Assembly (NCBI RefSeq): GCF_964188315.1
Contig: NC_135671.1
Location: forward strand, 30,256,001 to 30,320,000
Reading direction: 5' to 3'
Length of the DNA stretch: 64,000 bases
From: Podarcis muralis
Taxonomy: Eukaryota
Shown one piece after another: positions 23,233 through 36,086 of the stretch (within the stretch, counting starts at the first letter, position 1; each line of letters begins with the position of its first letter). The notes under the pieces are model-generated. The model saw nothing but the letters and a program-made list of their open reading frames with translations. It was not told where the DNA came from and did not search any database. The position numbers and the translations under genes are program-made.

Positions 23233-23852
23233 TATATTGTTACGTCCTTGCCGACATGTTACAGAAAGCAAATGTCAGAACAAATCACATGAAAGCAAAA
23301 GAGCAGAAATTAAGTGTGTCGGGTTACATGAATTCCAACTTTTGAAAACACAACATATATGATCCCTTTTAAAATAGCCATTACTGGGGACAAGGAAGGG
23401 CAGAAATAATTACGTACCAAAGATAGGCAGAAATGGACACCAAACTGACCCCAACAAGAACAATTCTCACACTTCAGTCTCAGCACTATATGAGCTTGAA
23501 ATAGTTCTGTGTGAATGTTTGGTGGTGAAAATGAGGGCTAGGATTTGGGAGAAAACAATAGTAATCTTTAGAAATATTTCTTTTGTTGCAGGGCTGAATG
23601 ATTACAGGTTCATGTATGCAAAAATTCCGAAAACCCAATTTATTTTCCAGTGATGCACTAAAGAGAAAATCAAAGTTGTTTGTAAATGCTAAAGCAAGGC
23701 CACATTTTTCCAAATGAATATTCCATACACAGATGAATTTTTTAAAAGATGAGAAAAAGCTACAATACTATTTGAGGTGTTCTTTGTCCATTAAACTACA
23801 GATACAGTATTTGTTGGGTTTCATAATTCCTCTTCAAAGTGGATAACAATTT

Positions 23853-24797
23853 TCACATTCTTTGGGTGCAGGAGCTTTTGCCCAGCGATTTCTTAAGCGC
23901 TATTTGAACATCTTTGTTTCTCAGGCTGTACACTAAGGGGTTCAATAAGGGAGTCACCATTGTGTAAGAGACAGAAATAAAAGTAGTCTCATCTAGCGTG
24001 TAACTGGATTTGGGTCTTAAGTAGATAATGGAAGCACAACCAAAGTGGACTACGACCACGATAAGATGGGAAGCACAAGTGGAAAAGGCTTTTCGTTTCC
24101 CAGCCGTTGTGGGGATTTTCAAGACAGTGTTTGCAATTAAAATGTACGAGAGAAGGATGAACAAGAATGAACAAATTACAACCAAAAAAGAAATAATGGT
24201 AATGACAATTTCACCTATGTAGTTTCGGCTGCAGGCTAATTCAAGCAAAGGTGATAAATCACAAAAGAAGTGCTTAATTTTATTTGGTCCACAGAAAGGC
24301 AAGGTAAATATGATTATAGTCTCTGAGGTGGAAAAAAGAAATCCAGTTGTTGCTGAACAAGCCACCAGCTTGGTACAGAGTCTTTGATTCATCAGAATCT
24401 GATAACGTAACGGTTTGCATATGGAGACATATCGGTCATACCCCATCACTGCTAGAAGCATACAATTTGTACACCCAAAGCCCAGGAAAAGGAACATCTG
24501 AGTAACACAGCCAATGAAGGAAATGGTCTTCTTCTCTCTTAGAAGATTTGCAAGCATATTGGGGATAATGACGAGTGAGTAGCAGATTTCTGAGAAGGAG
24601 AGGATGGAGAGGAAGAAGTACATGGGGATGTGGAGGCTGCGGTTAAGCCGTATCGTAGTGATGATGATTATATTTCCCATCAAAGTTACCAGGTACATAA
24701 GAGAGAACACCAGAAACAACATAACCTGCAGGTCTGGGAAATTGGAAAACCCAACAAGGATAAATTCTGTCACTATTGTATGGTTTTCTCTTCCCAT
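23853..24797 (-). CDS. Olfactory receptor 3, intact, 314 aa
   Basis: All OR motifs present; closest to the copy at 46244. Confidence 0.97.
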   Translation of the reverse strand: MGRENHTIVTEFILVGFSNFPDLQVMLFLVFSLMYLVTLMGNIIIITTIRLNRSLHIPMYFFLSILSFSEICYSLVIIPNMLANLLREKKTISFIGCVTQMFLFLGFGCTNCMLLAVMGYDRYVSICKPLRYQILMNQRLCTKLVACSATTGFLFSTSETIIIFTLPFCGPNKIKHFFCDLSPLLELACSRNYIGEIVITIISFLVVICSFLFILLSYILIANTVLKIPTTAGKRKAFSTCASHLIVVVVHFGCASIIYLRPKSSYTLDETTFISVSYTMVTPLLNPLVYSLRNKDVQIALKKSLGKSSCTQRM

Positions 24798-25823
24798 TGA
24801 TGGAGAATCTGAAAATGAACTTTAAAGATGTTACAGATTGCAACAGTGCTCGTCAGCAGATGTTTAATACAAAAATACTGGGGGAGATGCTTGTTCATAA
24901 AATGATTGTTTTTTGTTTTTTCTTCTTTATTAAATTTATGTACTGCCCTTCAGCTGACTATCACAGCACACTTTACAACATAAAAACACAAAATGCATAA
25001 TGTGACAGTAAAAATGCAATAGCAATAACAAACCATTTGATGTTCAATAAACAGCACGCTATACAGCTGCCTGAGAAAAGGCCGCCTCCATTTGCCCAAT
25101 GGTAGAACCGGCCTCAGTACACCAAAACTAGCACAACAGTTGTGCAACCAGCAAAATAATTGTGTCACCCCTTAGACCTTTTATGACATTCACTTTACCA
25201 ACAAGTCTACACTGTAGAGTTGAATGTCTGATATCTCCCTTTCGAGGAATCCTGGGAATGTCTGCTCCCAAGTTAGTGAGGCATTAGAGCCGGTTTACAA
25301 AACTGCATTTGCCATAGAACTAAAATTTTAGCAATCAGACAACATCTTGGCATAGTTCATCACCGTAGATTAAAATTCTGTATTCTTTTAATTGATGTAA
25401 TTCCACTGTGAATGGATGTCTGGCTACAGCCCACAAACTGATGAAGGAGCACAGAGGCAAGTGAGCTGAAGAGTTTGAGGCTTCACAATATTCCTGTCAA
25501 TTGCAAAATTAACAGCATCACAAGACATAACTCTGAACACCACTAGAATATTTTATTGAGGAGCATGCCTATCTTATCCTGCCTTGTAAATAGTCATGCA
25601 GTCAGTGTCTATTCCAAATTGTAGCACCTCTGCAGCGTCTCAGGTTGCAGTCTTCACAAGTCCTGCTAAGCTACCTCATACCCCTTCAGGAAAATATTGG
25701 ATATGGAGCGTTGTGCATGAAAAAAAGTAACTCTGCCATTGAGTATGAATCTTGTTCCCAAGATAAAAAAGAGTCAGGTGCTTTGATTTTGTTCTTATTT
25801 ACCTTTAAAGTGGCAGACAAGAG

Positions 25824-26079
25824 CATGGGTAAGGCAAACTAAGGCCCAGGGGCCAGATCCAGCCCAATCGCCTTCTAAATCCGGCCCTTGGACAGTCTGG
25901 GAATCAGCATGTTTTTACAGGAGCAGAATGTGTGCTTTTATTTAAAATGCATCTCTGGATTATATGTGCGGCATAGGAATTCGTTCATTCCCCCCCCCAA
26001 AAAAAAATATAGTCCGGCCCACCACAAGGTCTGATGGACAGTGGACTGGCCCCCTGCTGAAAATGATTGCTGATCCCTG
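25824..26079. mobile_element. hAT MITE
   Basis: catgggtaaggcaaac...gctgatccctg; perfect 8-bp TSD gacaagag; empty in paralogs. Confidence 0.9.
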
Positions 26080-27029
26080 GACAAGAGCATCGGAAGGGCT
26101 GAATGAATAAATTCAAAACAAAGCTTCAGAACTTCAAACCACAATAGACTTACAAGGAAGCACGATGGATGTTGAGCTCTTCCAAATGACAGCAATTTGC
26201 CACAATATCCTTTTTATGATGTTTCTACTGAGCATGGAACAATGTAAACATGATTATAAATCCCACCAGGTATTATCTCCACGGTATTTCAAAACATAAA
26301 ATAAACCAACCATCTTATTATCAATGGGAGTTGTTAAAAGCTACAAGTAATAATTAACAATACATGTAATTTTATTGGGTGCATTTTTCCCTAAAACTCT
26401 TTACTTCATCTCTATATCGATACATTTTATTATGTCTACTTGATTTTTTCTTTTATCATGATGAATATTACAGATTGTTTCGGTCTTTCTGATCAAGTGG
26501 TTTGTGAATATTGCTTAATAGATAAAAATAGCGTACAGGACAAATGGCTCTGGGATAAGGAGCACCCATCGACAAAAAGGCAGGGAAAGTTCCATCTCAT
26601 GAAATCTAACATCTCACAAGGGTACTGAAGACATCAGGGTTCAAGGAGATGAGCATGAACTGAATATTTTCACATATTATATATTACTGATGCTCCACAA
26701 TCCAAGCTAAGTTCATTTTCCTTTGCAGAGGATACTAAATAACTTCATGGCAGTATCTGCATTCTCAATGACTTCTGGACCCAGGTGTTTAATCTAATTC
26801 CTATTATTGTAGGTCAACCCTTTTCAATGGATCCAGATTTGGCATTACTTTCTCTAGAAAGCAATACAACCCAACCATTGACCACTATCCTCTTGTATTT
26901 ATGTTCTAAGCGGCAGCTAAAATCTCCATTGCTAGTCACTGGAAATCCAGATCCCCATCCTGTGATCATTGGTTAAGGAAGGTTATGGGACATTGCGCTC
27001 TCTGAACTTCTAACATGTCAGAGAGGGCT

Positions 27030-27699
27030 TAAGGATTAAGGCTTTCTGGGAGATGATATATAATGAAATGAAAAAGGTATTTAAATATACCTTTTTGAAG
27101 AAACCAGAGGCCTTTCTCCTGGGCATCGTAGGCCAATTGGTGTCAAAAAAGGATAGAACTTTCTTTATGTATGCCACGACAGCAGCAAGAATACTTATTG
27201 CAAAGTATTGGAAGACACAAGATCTACCCACCCTGGAAGAATGGCAGATGAAGGTGATGGACTATATGGAACTGGCAGAAATGACCGGCAGAATCCGAGA
27301 CCAGGGAGAAGAGTCGGTGGAAGAAGATTGGAAGAAATTTAAAGACTATCTACAGAAATATTGTAAAATTAATGAATGTTAGAATGATGTTGGATAAAAA
27401 GTTAAGTGGTTTTTAGCTATAACGCTATAAGGAATATGAAAAAATGGAGTATTAACAGGTAAAAATTTAATATTATAATATTTTAAGATTAAAGACTAGG
27501 ATAAACAAAGAGGGAAAGGATTTGCTGAACTAATAAATTGAATTGGAATACAAAAAGGGAGGTGTGAGGAGGTCTGGGAAACAAGCAAATGAAAAATAAG
27601 TGATGGAAAGATGGAATTGTTTTTTAACTATTTTTATTTTGTATTTTTCGTTTTTCATTCTGTAAAATCTTAATAAATATCTTTTAAAAAATAAATAAA
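27030..27699 (+). mobile_element. L1-clade LINE 3' fragment
   Basis: ORF2 C-terminus (PEAFLLGIVG...YATTAARILIAKYWK...DWKKFKDYL), 3' UTR and A-rich tail; no TSD. Confidence 0.85.
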
Positions 27700-28038
27700 A
27701 CTGATCAACAGGGAAAGGAAGCGGTGATTCGGCTCCCGGCAACTGGGGAAGGGGGCCCTTGCCCGGTCAAGGATCTCCAGAAGTACCTGGCCTTACGACC
27801 ACCAGGTGAGGGCCCTTTGTTTATTCATGAGAATGGGCATCCGTTGGCCCGTCACCAGTTCACCAAGGTGTTGCGCAAGGTTATTGCTGCCTGCGGCCTT
27901 GCGGCTTCTGAGTTTGCTCCTCATTCCTTTCGGATTGGGGCTGCAACGACTGCTACTCACTTGGGTTTATCGGTGGAGAGGATTAAGGACCTGGGCCGGT
28001 GGAGGTCTGATGCGTACAGAGGTTATGTATGGAAATGA
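27697..28038 (+). CDS. Tyrosine recombinase C-terminal fragment (5'-truncated)
   Basis: KTDQQGK, CPV, HSFRIGAAT (HxxR), GRW and AYRGY motifs. Confidence 0.88.
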   Translation, partial: KTDQQGKEAVIRLPATGEGGPCPVKDLQKYLALRPPGEGPLFIHENGHPLARHQFTKVLRKVIAACGLAASEFAPHSFRIGAATTATHLGLSVERIKDLGRWRSDAYRGYVWK

Positions 28039-28049
28039 TGTGATTTCAT

Positions 28050-28651
28050 GTGCTTACGTTTCTTGTTTTTACCCTAGGTCCAGCAGCTATACGCATCTGG
28101 ATTGTGGGGCACAGTATTGTACACTGGGCTGCTAGCAGAGCTCAACAGTCCGGAGTGGGTGATGGCCTTGGCCTTCCGCAGCACGTGCGGGTGTCCTGGA
28201 TCTCCAGAAGGGGGATGCTGTGGAAGGAGCTTCTACCGCTTATGCAGAGGCGTGTTCTCATGGAAGGCCCTCCTACGGCGATTGTGGTTCAGCTCGGGGG
28301 AAATGATATGGTTTCCTCTTCCTGTTATGTCCTGTGTGCTGTTATGTTGGAAGATTTGAGGGAATTCGCGGCCATGGTGCTGGCAACTAAAATAATTTGG
28401 TCACAGTTGTTCAACGCCACAATTGGCGGGGTAGTCCCTGTTCGGCGGCCACTGAACGGGTTAGAAAGCAGATTAATTCCGCGGTGAGCAAGTTGGTGGT
28501 CGATTTGGGTGGGTTTGTGATTCCACACCCTCTAATTACGTTCAAAGCCGCTGAATTCTTTATGATGGATGGGGTTCATCTGTCATCAGTTGGGAATGAT
28601 GTTTGGTTAAATTCGGTGGTGGATAAGTTGAGGGTGTGTTTGAGTCTGTGA
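28050..28651 (+). pseudogene. SGNH hydrolase ORF, frameshifted at ~28410
   Basis: WIVGHSIV (block I), QLGGND (block III), DGVHL (block V); two overlapping ORFs join at IIWSQL / QRHNWRG. Confidence 0.82.
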
Positions 28652-30505
28652 GTGGTTGGCGGCGAGCGTAAGGGCTCGAGTGGCGGTCAGGCATTGGTTT
28701 AAATTGGTTGGTGGAGGGGTATGGATTGGCTGTGCCTGCCCCTCCAATGCTTTTGCTGCACGGGAATTCCGTTAAAGGAATTCAGGGGCTTACCATCCTT
28801 TCGTCCAAACCCCTGGAATCGGGTTTGGGCCATGTAAGCCCCTAGGAGCATGCGGGGAGAAGCTGAGGGTCTGTGTCGCAGCTCCAGTTATCCCTGAACT
28901 TGTTCCTCCACACTGGCTTTCGCTGGAATCCGGGAGCCAGTGCTGTCCCCAAGGTGGGGGGGGGGGGGACAGATAGTCATAACCAATGCCTAAGCAACCA
29001 CTCACGATTTGTATGCTAATAAAGTTGTGGCCAAAAATATGCCAAAAACCTTAAACAAAAATTATGTGTGATGTGTGAGTTATTGGGGTAAGGGTGTTTT
29101 GGGGGACCTCAGCACGCAAATGGCTCTGGGGTAAGCCACACCCATTGTCAAAAAGGCAGGGAAAGTTCCATCTCACAAAACCTAACATCTCACAAGGGTA
29201 CTGAAGACATCAGGGTTCAAGGAGATGAACATAAACTGAATATTTTCACAGATTATACATTACTGATGCTCCACAATCCAAGCTAAGCCCCTTTTCCTTT
29301 GCAGAGGATACTAAATGATTTCATGGCAGTATCTGCATTCTCTATGGAGAAGTTCTCCGTATGTTTAGTTGATATTATATGGTATTATATAGTTTTATTG
29401 AGCATGGAATGATGTAAACAACTTTATAAATCCCACTAGATATCATCTCCATGGTGTTTCAAAACGTAAAATAAATCAACCATCTTATTATCAATGGGAG
29501 TTGTTAGAATCTACAAGTAATAATTAACAATGCATGTAATTTTATTGGGTGTATTTCCCCCCCCCCCTAAAACTGTTGACTTCATCTCTATATCGATACA
29601 TTTTATTGTGTCTACTTGATTTTCAATTTTTATTTTATCATGATGAATATTACATATTGTTTCGGTGTAAAGTACAGTAAGGTCTTCCTGATTAAGTGGT
29701 GTGAATATTGTTTAATAAATAAAAATAGCGTACAGGACAAATGGCTCTGGGGTAAGCCACACCCATTGTCAAAAAGGCAGGGAAAGTTCCATCTCACAAA
29801 ACCTAACATCTCACAAGGGTACTGAAGACATCCGGGTTCAAGGAGATGAGCATAAACTGAATATTTTCACAGATTATATATTACTGATGCTCCACAATCC
29901 AAGCTAAGCCCCTTTTCCTTTGCAGAGGATACTAAATGATTTCATGGCAGTATCTGCATTCCCAATGACTTCTGGACCCAGGTGTGCAATCTAATTCCTA
30001 TTATTGTGGGTCAGCCCTTGGCAATGGATCCAGATTTGGCATTACTTTCTCTAGAAAGCAATACAAGCCAACCATTGACCGCTATCCTCTTGTATTTATG
30101 TTCTAAGCAGCAGCTAAAATCTCTATTGCTAGTCACTGGAAATCCAGATTCCCATCCCGGGATTGTTGGTTTGGAAGGTTATGGGACATTGCTCTCTCTG
30201 AACATCTAACATGCCAGAGAGGGCTTAGCAGCAGGGAGATTAAAAACAGTCTGTTTCTATTCCATTTGGTAGCTCTGTCTATCCTTTGGCAATGCTGAGT
30301 CAAACAAGCATCAACCATCCCATAGCCCAAATAAACATATGGAGAAGTTCTCCGTATGTTTAGTTGATATTATATGGTATTATATAGTTGATATTATATG
30401 GTAAACACCTGACTTAGGCATTTTCGTTTTTAGCAGCATTGCACGAATGGTTCTTTTTTTCATTGTTGTTGTTGAAATCATAGAATCTTAGAGTTGGAAG
30501 GGACG

Positions 30506-30970
30506 TGTCATGAATGAGCCAGCTCCCAGTGAAGGAAGCAGTTACAAAGAGAGAGAGGGTTAAATGACAGACAAGAGAAGCCTTGGCCAGGGTCAACTCC
30601 TCCGCCCGTTGGAATGACAACTGATAATGTTGCACGCAGGCAGGAACCTAGCCAAAGCTGTCAGGAGTTTCAAACAGGAGCGAACAGAAACATGGGTAGT
30701 TAATCAGAAAAGGAAGAGGCTGAGCTAAGCCAATAAGTGTGGAGAATAGGTCAAGGGGCGGGTTGTTAGATAGGAAGAAAAACAAGAGAATTAGGGTTAG
30801 TAAGTTCAATATCTTCCGTCATCACAGGAAGGAGTCGGAAGGGTCATCATGATTAGTGGAGAATGGCGGCACTGTAGAGTCATCTGGAGAACACTGTTAT
30901 TGCAATAAATCTTCCTTTTTAATTAACTACGCTGGCTGCGTTATCAAGCTGGAAACTGGGACTCCTGACA
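30506..30970 (+). mobile_element. Solo LTR inside a CR1 tail
   Basis: TGTCA...TGACA; AATAAA at ~30904; flanks ggacg / ggacc; empty site ggaagggacccaagg in other units. Confidence 0.85.
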
Positions 30971-31730
30971 GGACCCAAGGGCCACCATTGGCTGTGGTGA
31001 GGACTGCAGGGCCTGTTCCCTTAAAGGCCTTTCCAGCTGACCTAGGGAGCAAGGACTAGGCCCTCACACTTCCAGCTATAAAGGGTCTCCTGTGGCAGAA
31101 ACTGCCTTCTTGGCTGCTGAACCCACTATTGGTCTCATCAGCTCAATCCACCAGAGCCTGTCTTCGCATACGGGAGAATTCCTCCTTGACACACAGACAC
31201 ACACAGGCACTATAGCTAATCCAGTAACTTTTTTCAATACTGCCTGCCATTCCCATCTCCCCAGGTAACAGCTTGCTTGCTCTGTTCAGACTGAAGTGAG
31301 GAAAAGGTGTTGAAAAATGGACACCATTCAGACCATTCCCTCCCAACCACACCATACAATACAATTGCACCCAACCCCTTCCACACTACTGAATTATGGT
31401 GGACCTTTCTTGATATATTGTGTGCTTTATGATAGAAGGAAAATCAGCCTGGCAGCTACATTATTCTAGAATGCCAACTGAAGGACAAAAACATTATGTG
31501 GTCCAATAATAATAATAATAATAAATTTTATTTATATCCCGCCCTCCCCAGCCGAAGCTGGGCTCAGGGCGGCTAACAACAATGCAGGAAAAGCGGTGGG
31601 TGAGGGGTCCACTCAAACATGATAGCACTGCAAATTAATGATTCAATTGCATATCTGATTATGTAATGGGAATATAATATGATATAGCGTTTCTTTGGGC
31701 ATGGCTTTGAAAGTAATTAGTATCAGGATT

Positions 31731-31733
<3 letters not shown>

Positions 31734-31773
<40 letters not shown>
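31734..31773. repeat. (TA)n microsatellite (others: (AC)n 21893-21925 and 50074-50116; (TA)n 36896-36920)
   Basis: Perfect dinucleotide runs. Confidence 0.95.
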
Positions 31774-31775
<2 letters not shown>

Positions 31776-32472
31776 TAAATGCTAAAATAAATGCATATTG
31801 AAAAATAGCAATACTCCATTTTGTGTACAAAATATTATTACATTCTTGCCAACACTTTATAGAAAGCAAATGTCAGAACATACTACATGAAAGCAAAAGA
31901 GCAGAAATTAAGTGTGTTTGGTTACAAGAATTCCAACTTTGAAAAAGATTCCCTCCTTAAAAATAGCCATTACTGGGGACAAGGAGGGGCAGAAAACTAC
32001 CTCCACAAAGATAAACAGAAATGTACCCCAAATTGAACCCAACCAAAATATACGGGTGGCAGCTATTCAACAAGAACAATTTTGACACTTCAGTCTCAGC
32101 ACTATATGAGCTTGAAATAGTTCTGCATGAATGATTGGTAGAGAAAATGAGGGCTAGGATTTGGGAGAAAACAACAGTAATCTTTAGAAAAGTTTCCTTT
32201 GCTGCAGGGCTGAATGATTACAGGTTCATTTATGAGAAAATTCCCACAACCCGATTTATTTTCCAGTGATGCACTAAAGAGAAAATCAAAGTTGTCTGTA
32301 AATGCTAAAGCAAGGCCACATTTTGCCAAGTGAATATTTCATATACAAATGAATTATTAAGGAGATGAGAAAAAGCTACAATACTATTTGAGGCGTTCTT
32401 TGTCCATTAAACAACAGATACAGTATTTATTGGGTTTCATAATTCCTCTTCAAAGTGGGTAACGTTTAATTT

Positions 32473-33417
32473 TCACATTCTTTGGGTGCAGGAGCTTTTG
32501 CCAAGCGATTTCTTAAGCGCTATTTGAACATCTTTGTTTCTCAGGCTGTACACTAAGGGGTTCAACAATGGAGTCACCATTGTGTAAGAGACAGTAATAA
32601 AAGTCGTCTCATCTAGCGTGTAACTGGATTTGGGCCCTAAATAGATAATGCCAGCACACCCAAAGTGCACCACGACCACAATAAGATGGGAGGCACAAGT
32701 GGAAAAGGCTTTTCGTTTCCCAGCCGTTGTGGGGATTTTCAAGACAGTGTTTGCAATTAAAATGTACGAGAGAAGGATGAACGAGAATGAACAAATTACA
32801 ACCACAAAAGAAATAATGTTAATGACAATTTCTCCTATGTAGTTTCGGCCACAGGCTAATTCAAGCAAAGGTGCTAAATCACACAAAAAGTGCTTAACTT
32901 CATTTGGTCCACAGAAAGGCAAGGTAAATATGATTATAGCCTCTGTGGTGGAAAAAAGAAATCCAGTTGTTGCTGAACAAGCCACCAGTTTGGTGCAGAC
33001 ACTTTGATTCATCAAAATCTGATAACGTAAAGGTTTGCATATGGAGACATATCGGTCATACCCCATCACTGCTAGAAGCATACAATTTGTGCATGCAAAG
33101 CCCAGGAAAATGCACATCTGAGTAGCACAGCCAATGAAGGAAATGGTCTTCTTCTCTCTCAGAAAATTTGCAAGCATATTGGGAATAATGACGAGTGTGT
33201 AGCAGGTTTCTGAGAAGGAGAGGATGGAGAGGAAGAAGTACATGGGGATGTGGAGGCTGCGGTCAAGCCGTATCGTAGTGATGATGATTATATTTGCGAT
33301 CAAAGTTACCAGGTAGATTAGAGAGAACACCAGAAACAATGGAACCTGCAGGTCTGGGAAATTCGAAAATCCAGCAAGAATAAATTCTGTCACCACTGTT
33401 TGATTTTCTCTTCCCAT
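32473..33417 (-). CDS. Olfactory receptor 4, intact, 314 aa
   Basis: All OR motifs present. Confidence 0.97.
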   Translation of the reverse strand: MGRENQTVVTEFILAGFSNFPDLQVPLFLVFSLIYLVTLIANIIIITTIRLDRSLHIPMYFFLSILSFSETCYTLVIIPNMLANFLREKKTISFIGCATQMCIFLGFACTNCMLLAVMGYDRYVSICKPLRYQILMNQSVCTKLVACSATTGFLFSTTEAIIIFTLPFCGPNEVKHFLCDLAPLLELACGRNYIGEIVINIISFVVVICSFSFILLSYILIANTVLKIPTTAGKRKAFSTCASHLIVVVVHFGCAGIIYLGPKSSYTLDETTFITVSYTMVTPLLNPLVYSLRNKDVQIALKKSLGKSSCTQRM

Positions 33418-36086
33418 TGATGCAGCATCTGAAAATAAACTTTAAAGATGTTACCGATTGCAACAATGCCCGTCCGCTGATGCTTTATACAAAAATACTG
33501 GGGGAGAGGCTTGTTCATAAAATGATTATTTATTTTTTGTTCTTTATTAGATTTATGTACCGCCCTTCAGCTGACTATCACAGGCCACTTTACAACATAA
33601 AAACACAAAATATATAACAGGACTGAAAAAATGCAATAATAACAAATTAAAGAACAAGCCATTTGATGTGCCTTAAACATCACTCCATACAGCTGACTGA
33701 GAACTGCCTGCTTCCACTTGCCCAATGGTAGAGCCGGCCTCAGTAGACAGAGCATAGCACAACAATTGTGCAACCAGCAAAATAGTTGTGTCACCCCATA
33801 GACATATTATTACATTCACTTGACCAACAAGTCTACACTGCAGAGTTGAATGTCTGATATCTCCCTTTCGAGGAATCCTGGGAATGCCTGCTCCCAAGTT
33901 AGTGAGGCATTAGAGCCAGTTTACAAAACTGCATTTTCCATAGAACTAAAATTTTAGCAATCAGACAACATTTTGGCATAGTTCATCACCATAGATTAAA
34001 ATTCTGTATTCTTTTAATTGATGGAATTCCACTGTGAATGAATGTCTGGCTACAGCCCACAAGCTGATGAAGGAGCACAGAGGCAAGTGAGCTGAAGAGT
34101 TTGAGGCTTCACAATATTCCTGTCAATTGCAAAATTAACAGCATCACAAGACATAACTCTGAACACCACTAGAAAACTGAGGAGCAAGCCTATCTTAACC
34201 TGCCTTTTAAAGAGTCATACATGTCTACTCCAAATTGTAGCACCTCTCCAGGGTCTCAGGTTGCAGTCTTCACTATTCCTGCTAAGCTACCTCATACTCT
34301 TTTGGAAAAATATTGGATCTGGAGCCTTCTGTATGAAAAACAGTAACTCTGCTATTGAGTATGAATCTTGTGGCCAAGATAAAAAAGAGTCAGGTGCTTT
34401 GAAATTGTTCTTATATCCCTTCAAAGTGGCAAAGACAAGAGCATCGGAAGGGCTGAATGAATGAATTCAAATCAAAGCTGCAGAACCTCAAACCACAATA
34501 GACTTACAAGGAAGCACGATGGATGGTGAGCTCTTCCAAATGACACCAATTTGCCACAATATCCTTTTCATGATGTTTTTATTGAGCATGGAATGATGTA
34601 AACAAGTTTATAAATCCCATCAGATATTATCTCTACGGTGTTTCAAAACATAAAATCAATCAACCTTCTTATTATCAATGGGAGTTGTTAGAATCTACAA
34701 GTAATAATTAACAATACATATAATTTTATTGGGTGTATTTTTTTTCTAAAGCTGTTGACTTCATCTCTATATCGATACATTTTGTTACATCTACTTGTTT
34801 TCCATTTTTTATTTTCTCATGATGAACATTACAGATTGTTTCTGTGTAAAGCGCAGTTAGGTCTTTATGATTAAGTGGTGTGTGAATATTGTTTAATAAA
34901 TAAAAATAGCGTACAGGACAAATGGCTCTGGGGTAAGCCACACCCATCGTCATATAGGCAGGGAAATTTCATTCTACAAGTAAAATGCTAGCACAACACC
35001 TAACATCTCACAAGGCACTGAAGACATCAGGGTTCAAGGAGATGACACTGAACATTTTCACAGATTATATCTTACTGATGCTCCATAATCCAAGCTAAGC
35101 CCCTTTTCCTTTGCAGAGGATACTAAATGATTTCATGGCAGTATTTGCATTCTCAATGACTTCTGGACCCAGGTGTTCAATCTAATTTCTATTACCGTGC
35201 GTCAAACCTCAGCAATGGATCCAGATTTGGCATTGCTTTCTCTAGAAAGTAATACAACCCAACCATTGACCACTATCCTCTTGTACAGTGGTACCTCAGG
35301 TTACATACACTTCAGGTTACAGAGTCCGCTAACCCAGAAATAGTGTATCAGGTTAAGAACTTTGCTTCAGGATGAAAACAGAAATTGTGCTCCGGCGGCG
35401 CACGATTAACCTGAGGTACCACTGTATTTATGTTCTAAGCAGCACCTAAAATCTCCATTGCTAGTCACTGGTCACTGTCTTGGGAATCTACGTTTTGAGC
35501 AGCATTGTATGAATGGTTCTTTTTTCCCACTGTTGTTGTTGGAACCATAGAATCTTAGAGTTGAAAAGGACCCAAGGGCCACCATCGGCTGTGGTGAGGA
35601 CAGCAAGGCCTGCTCCCTTACAAAGCCTTTACCAACTGGCCTAGGGGGCAAGGCCCAGGCCCTCACACTTCCAGCTATAAAGAGACTCCTCTGGCAGAAA
35701 CGGCCTTCTTGGCTGTTGAAGCCAGTATTGGTCTCATCAGCTCAATCCACCGCAGCCTGTCTTCGCATAAGGGGAAGTCCTCCTTGACACACAAAGACAC
35801 ACACTCACACCAATTAATCCAGTAACTTCTTTCAATACTGCCTCCCATACCCATTCTCTCCAGGTAACAGCTTGCTTGCTCTGCTCAGACTGAAGTGAGG
35901 AAAAGGTGCTGAAAAATGGACACCATTCAGACCATTCCCTCCCAACCACACCATACAGTAGAGTTGCAGCCAACCCCTTCCACAGTACTGAATCAGGTTG
36001 GACCTTTCTTCAGATATTTCATACTTTTGAGAGAAGGAAAATCAGCCTGGCAGCTACATTGTTCTGGAATACTAAGTGAAGGACAA

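Larger units (their letters stand above)
27697..29117 (+). mobile_element. 3' portion of a DIRS-order, Ngaro-like tyrosine-recombinase retrotransposon
   Basis: YR C-terminus, then SGNH ORF, then structured tail with AATAAA; right end cacgca joins OR-unit sequence. Confidence 0.85.
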
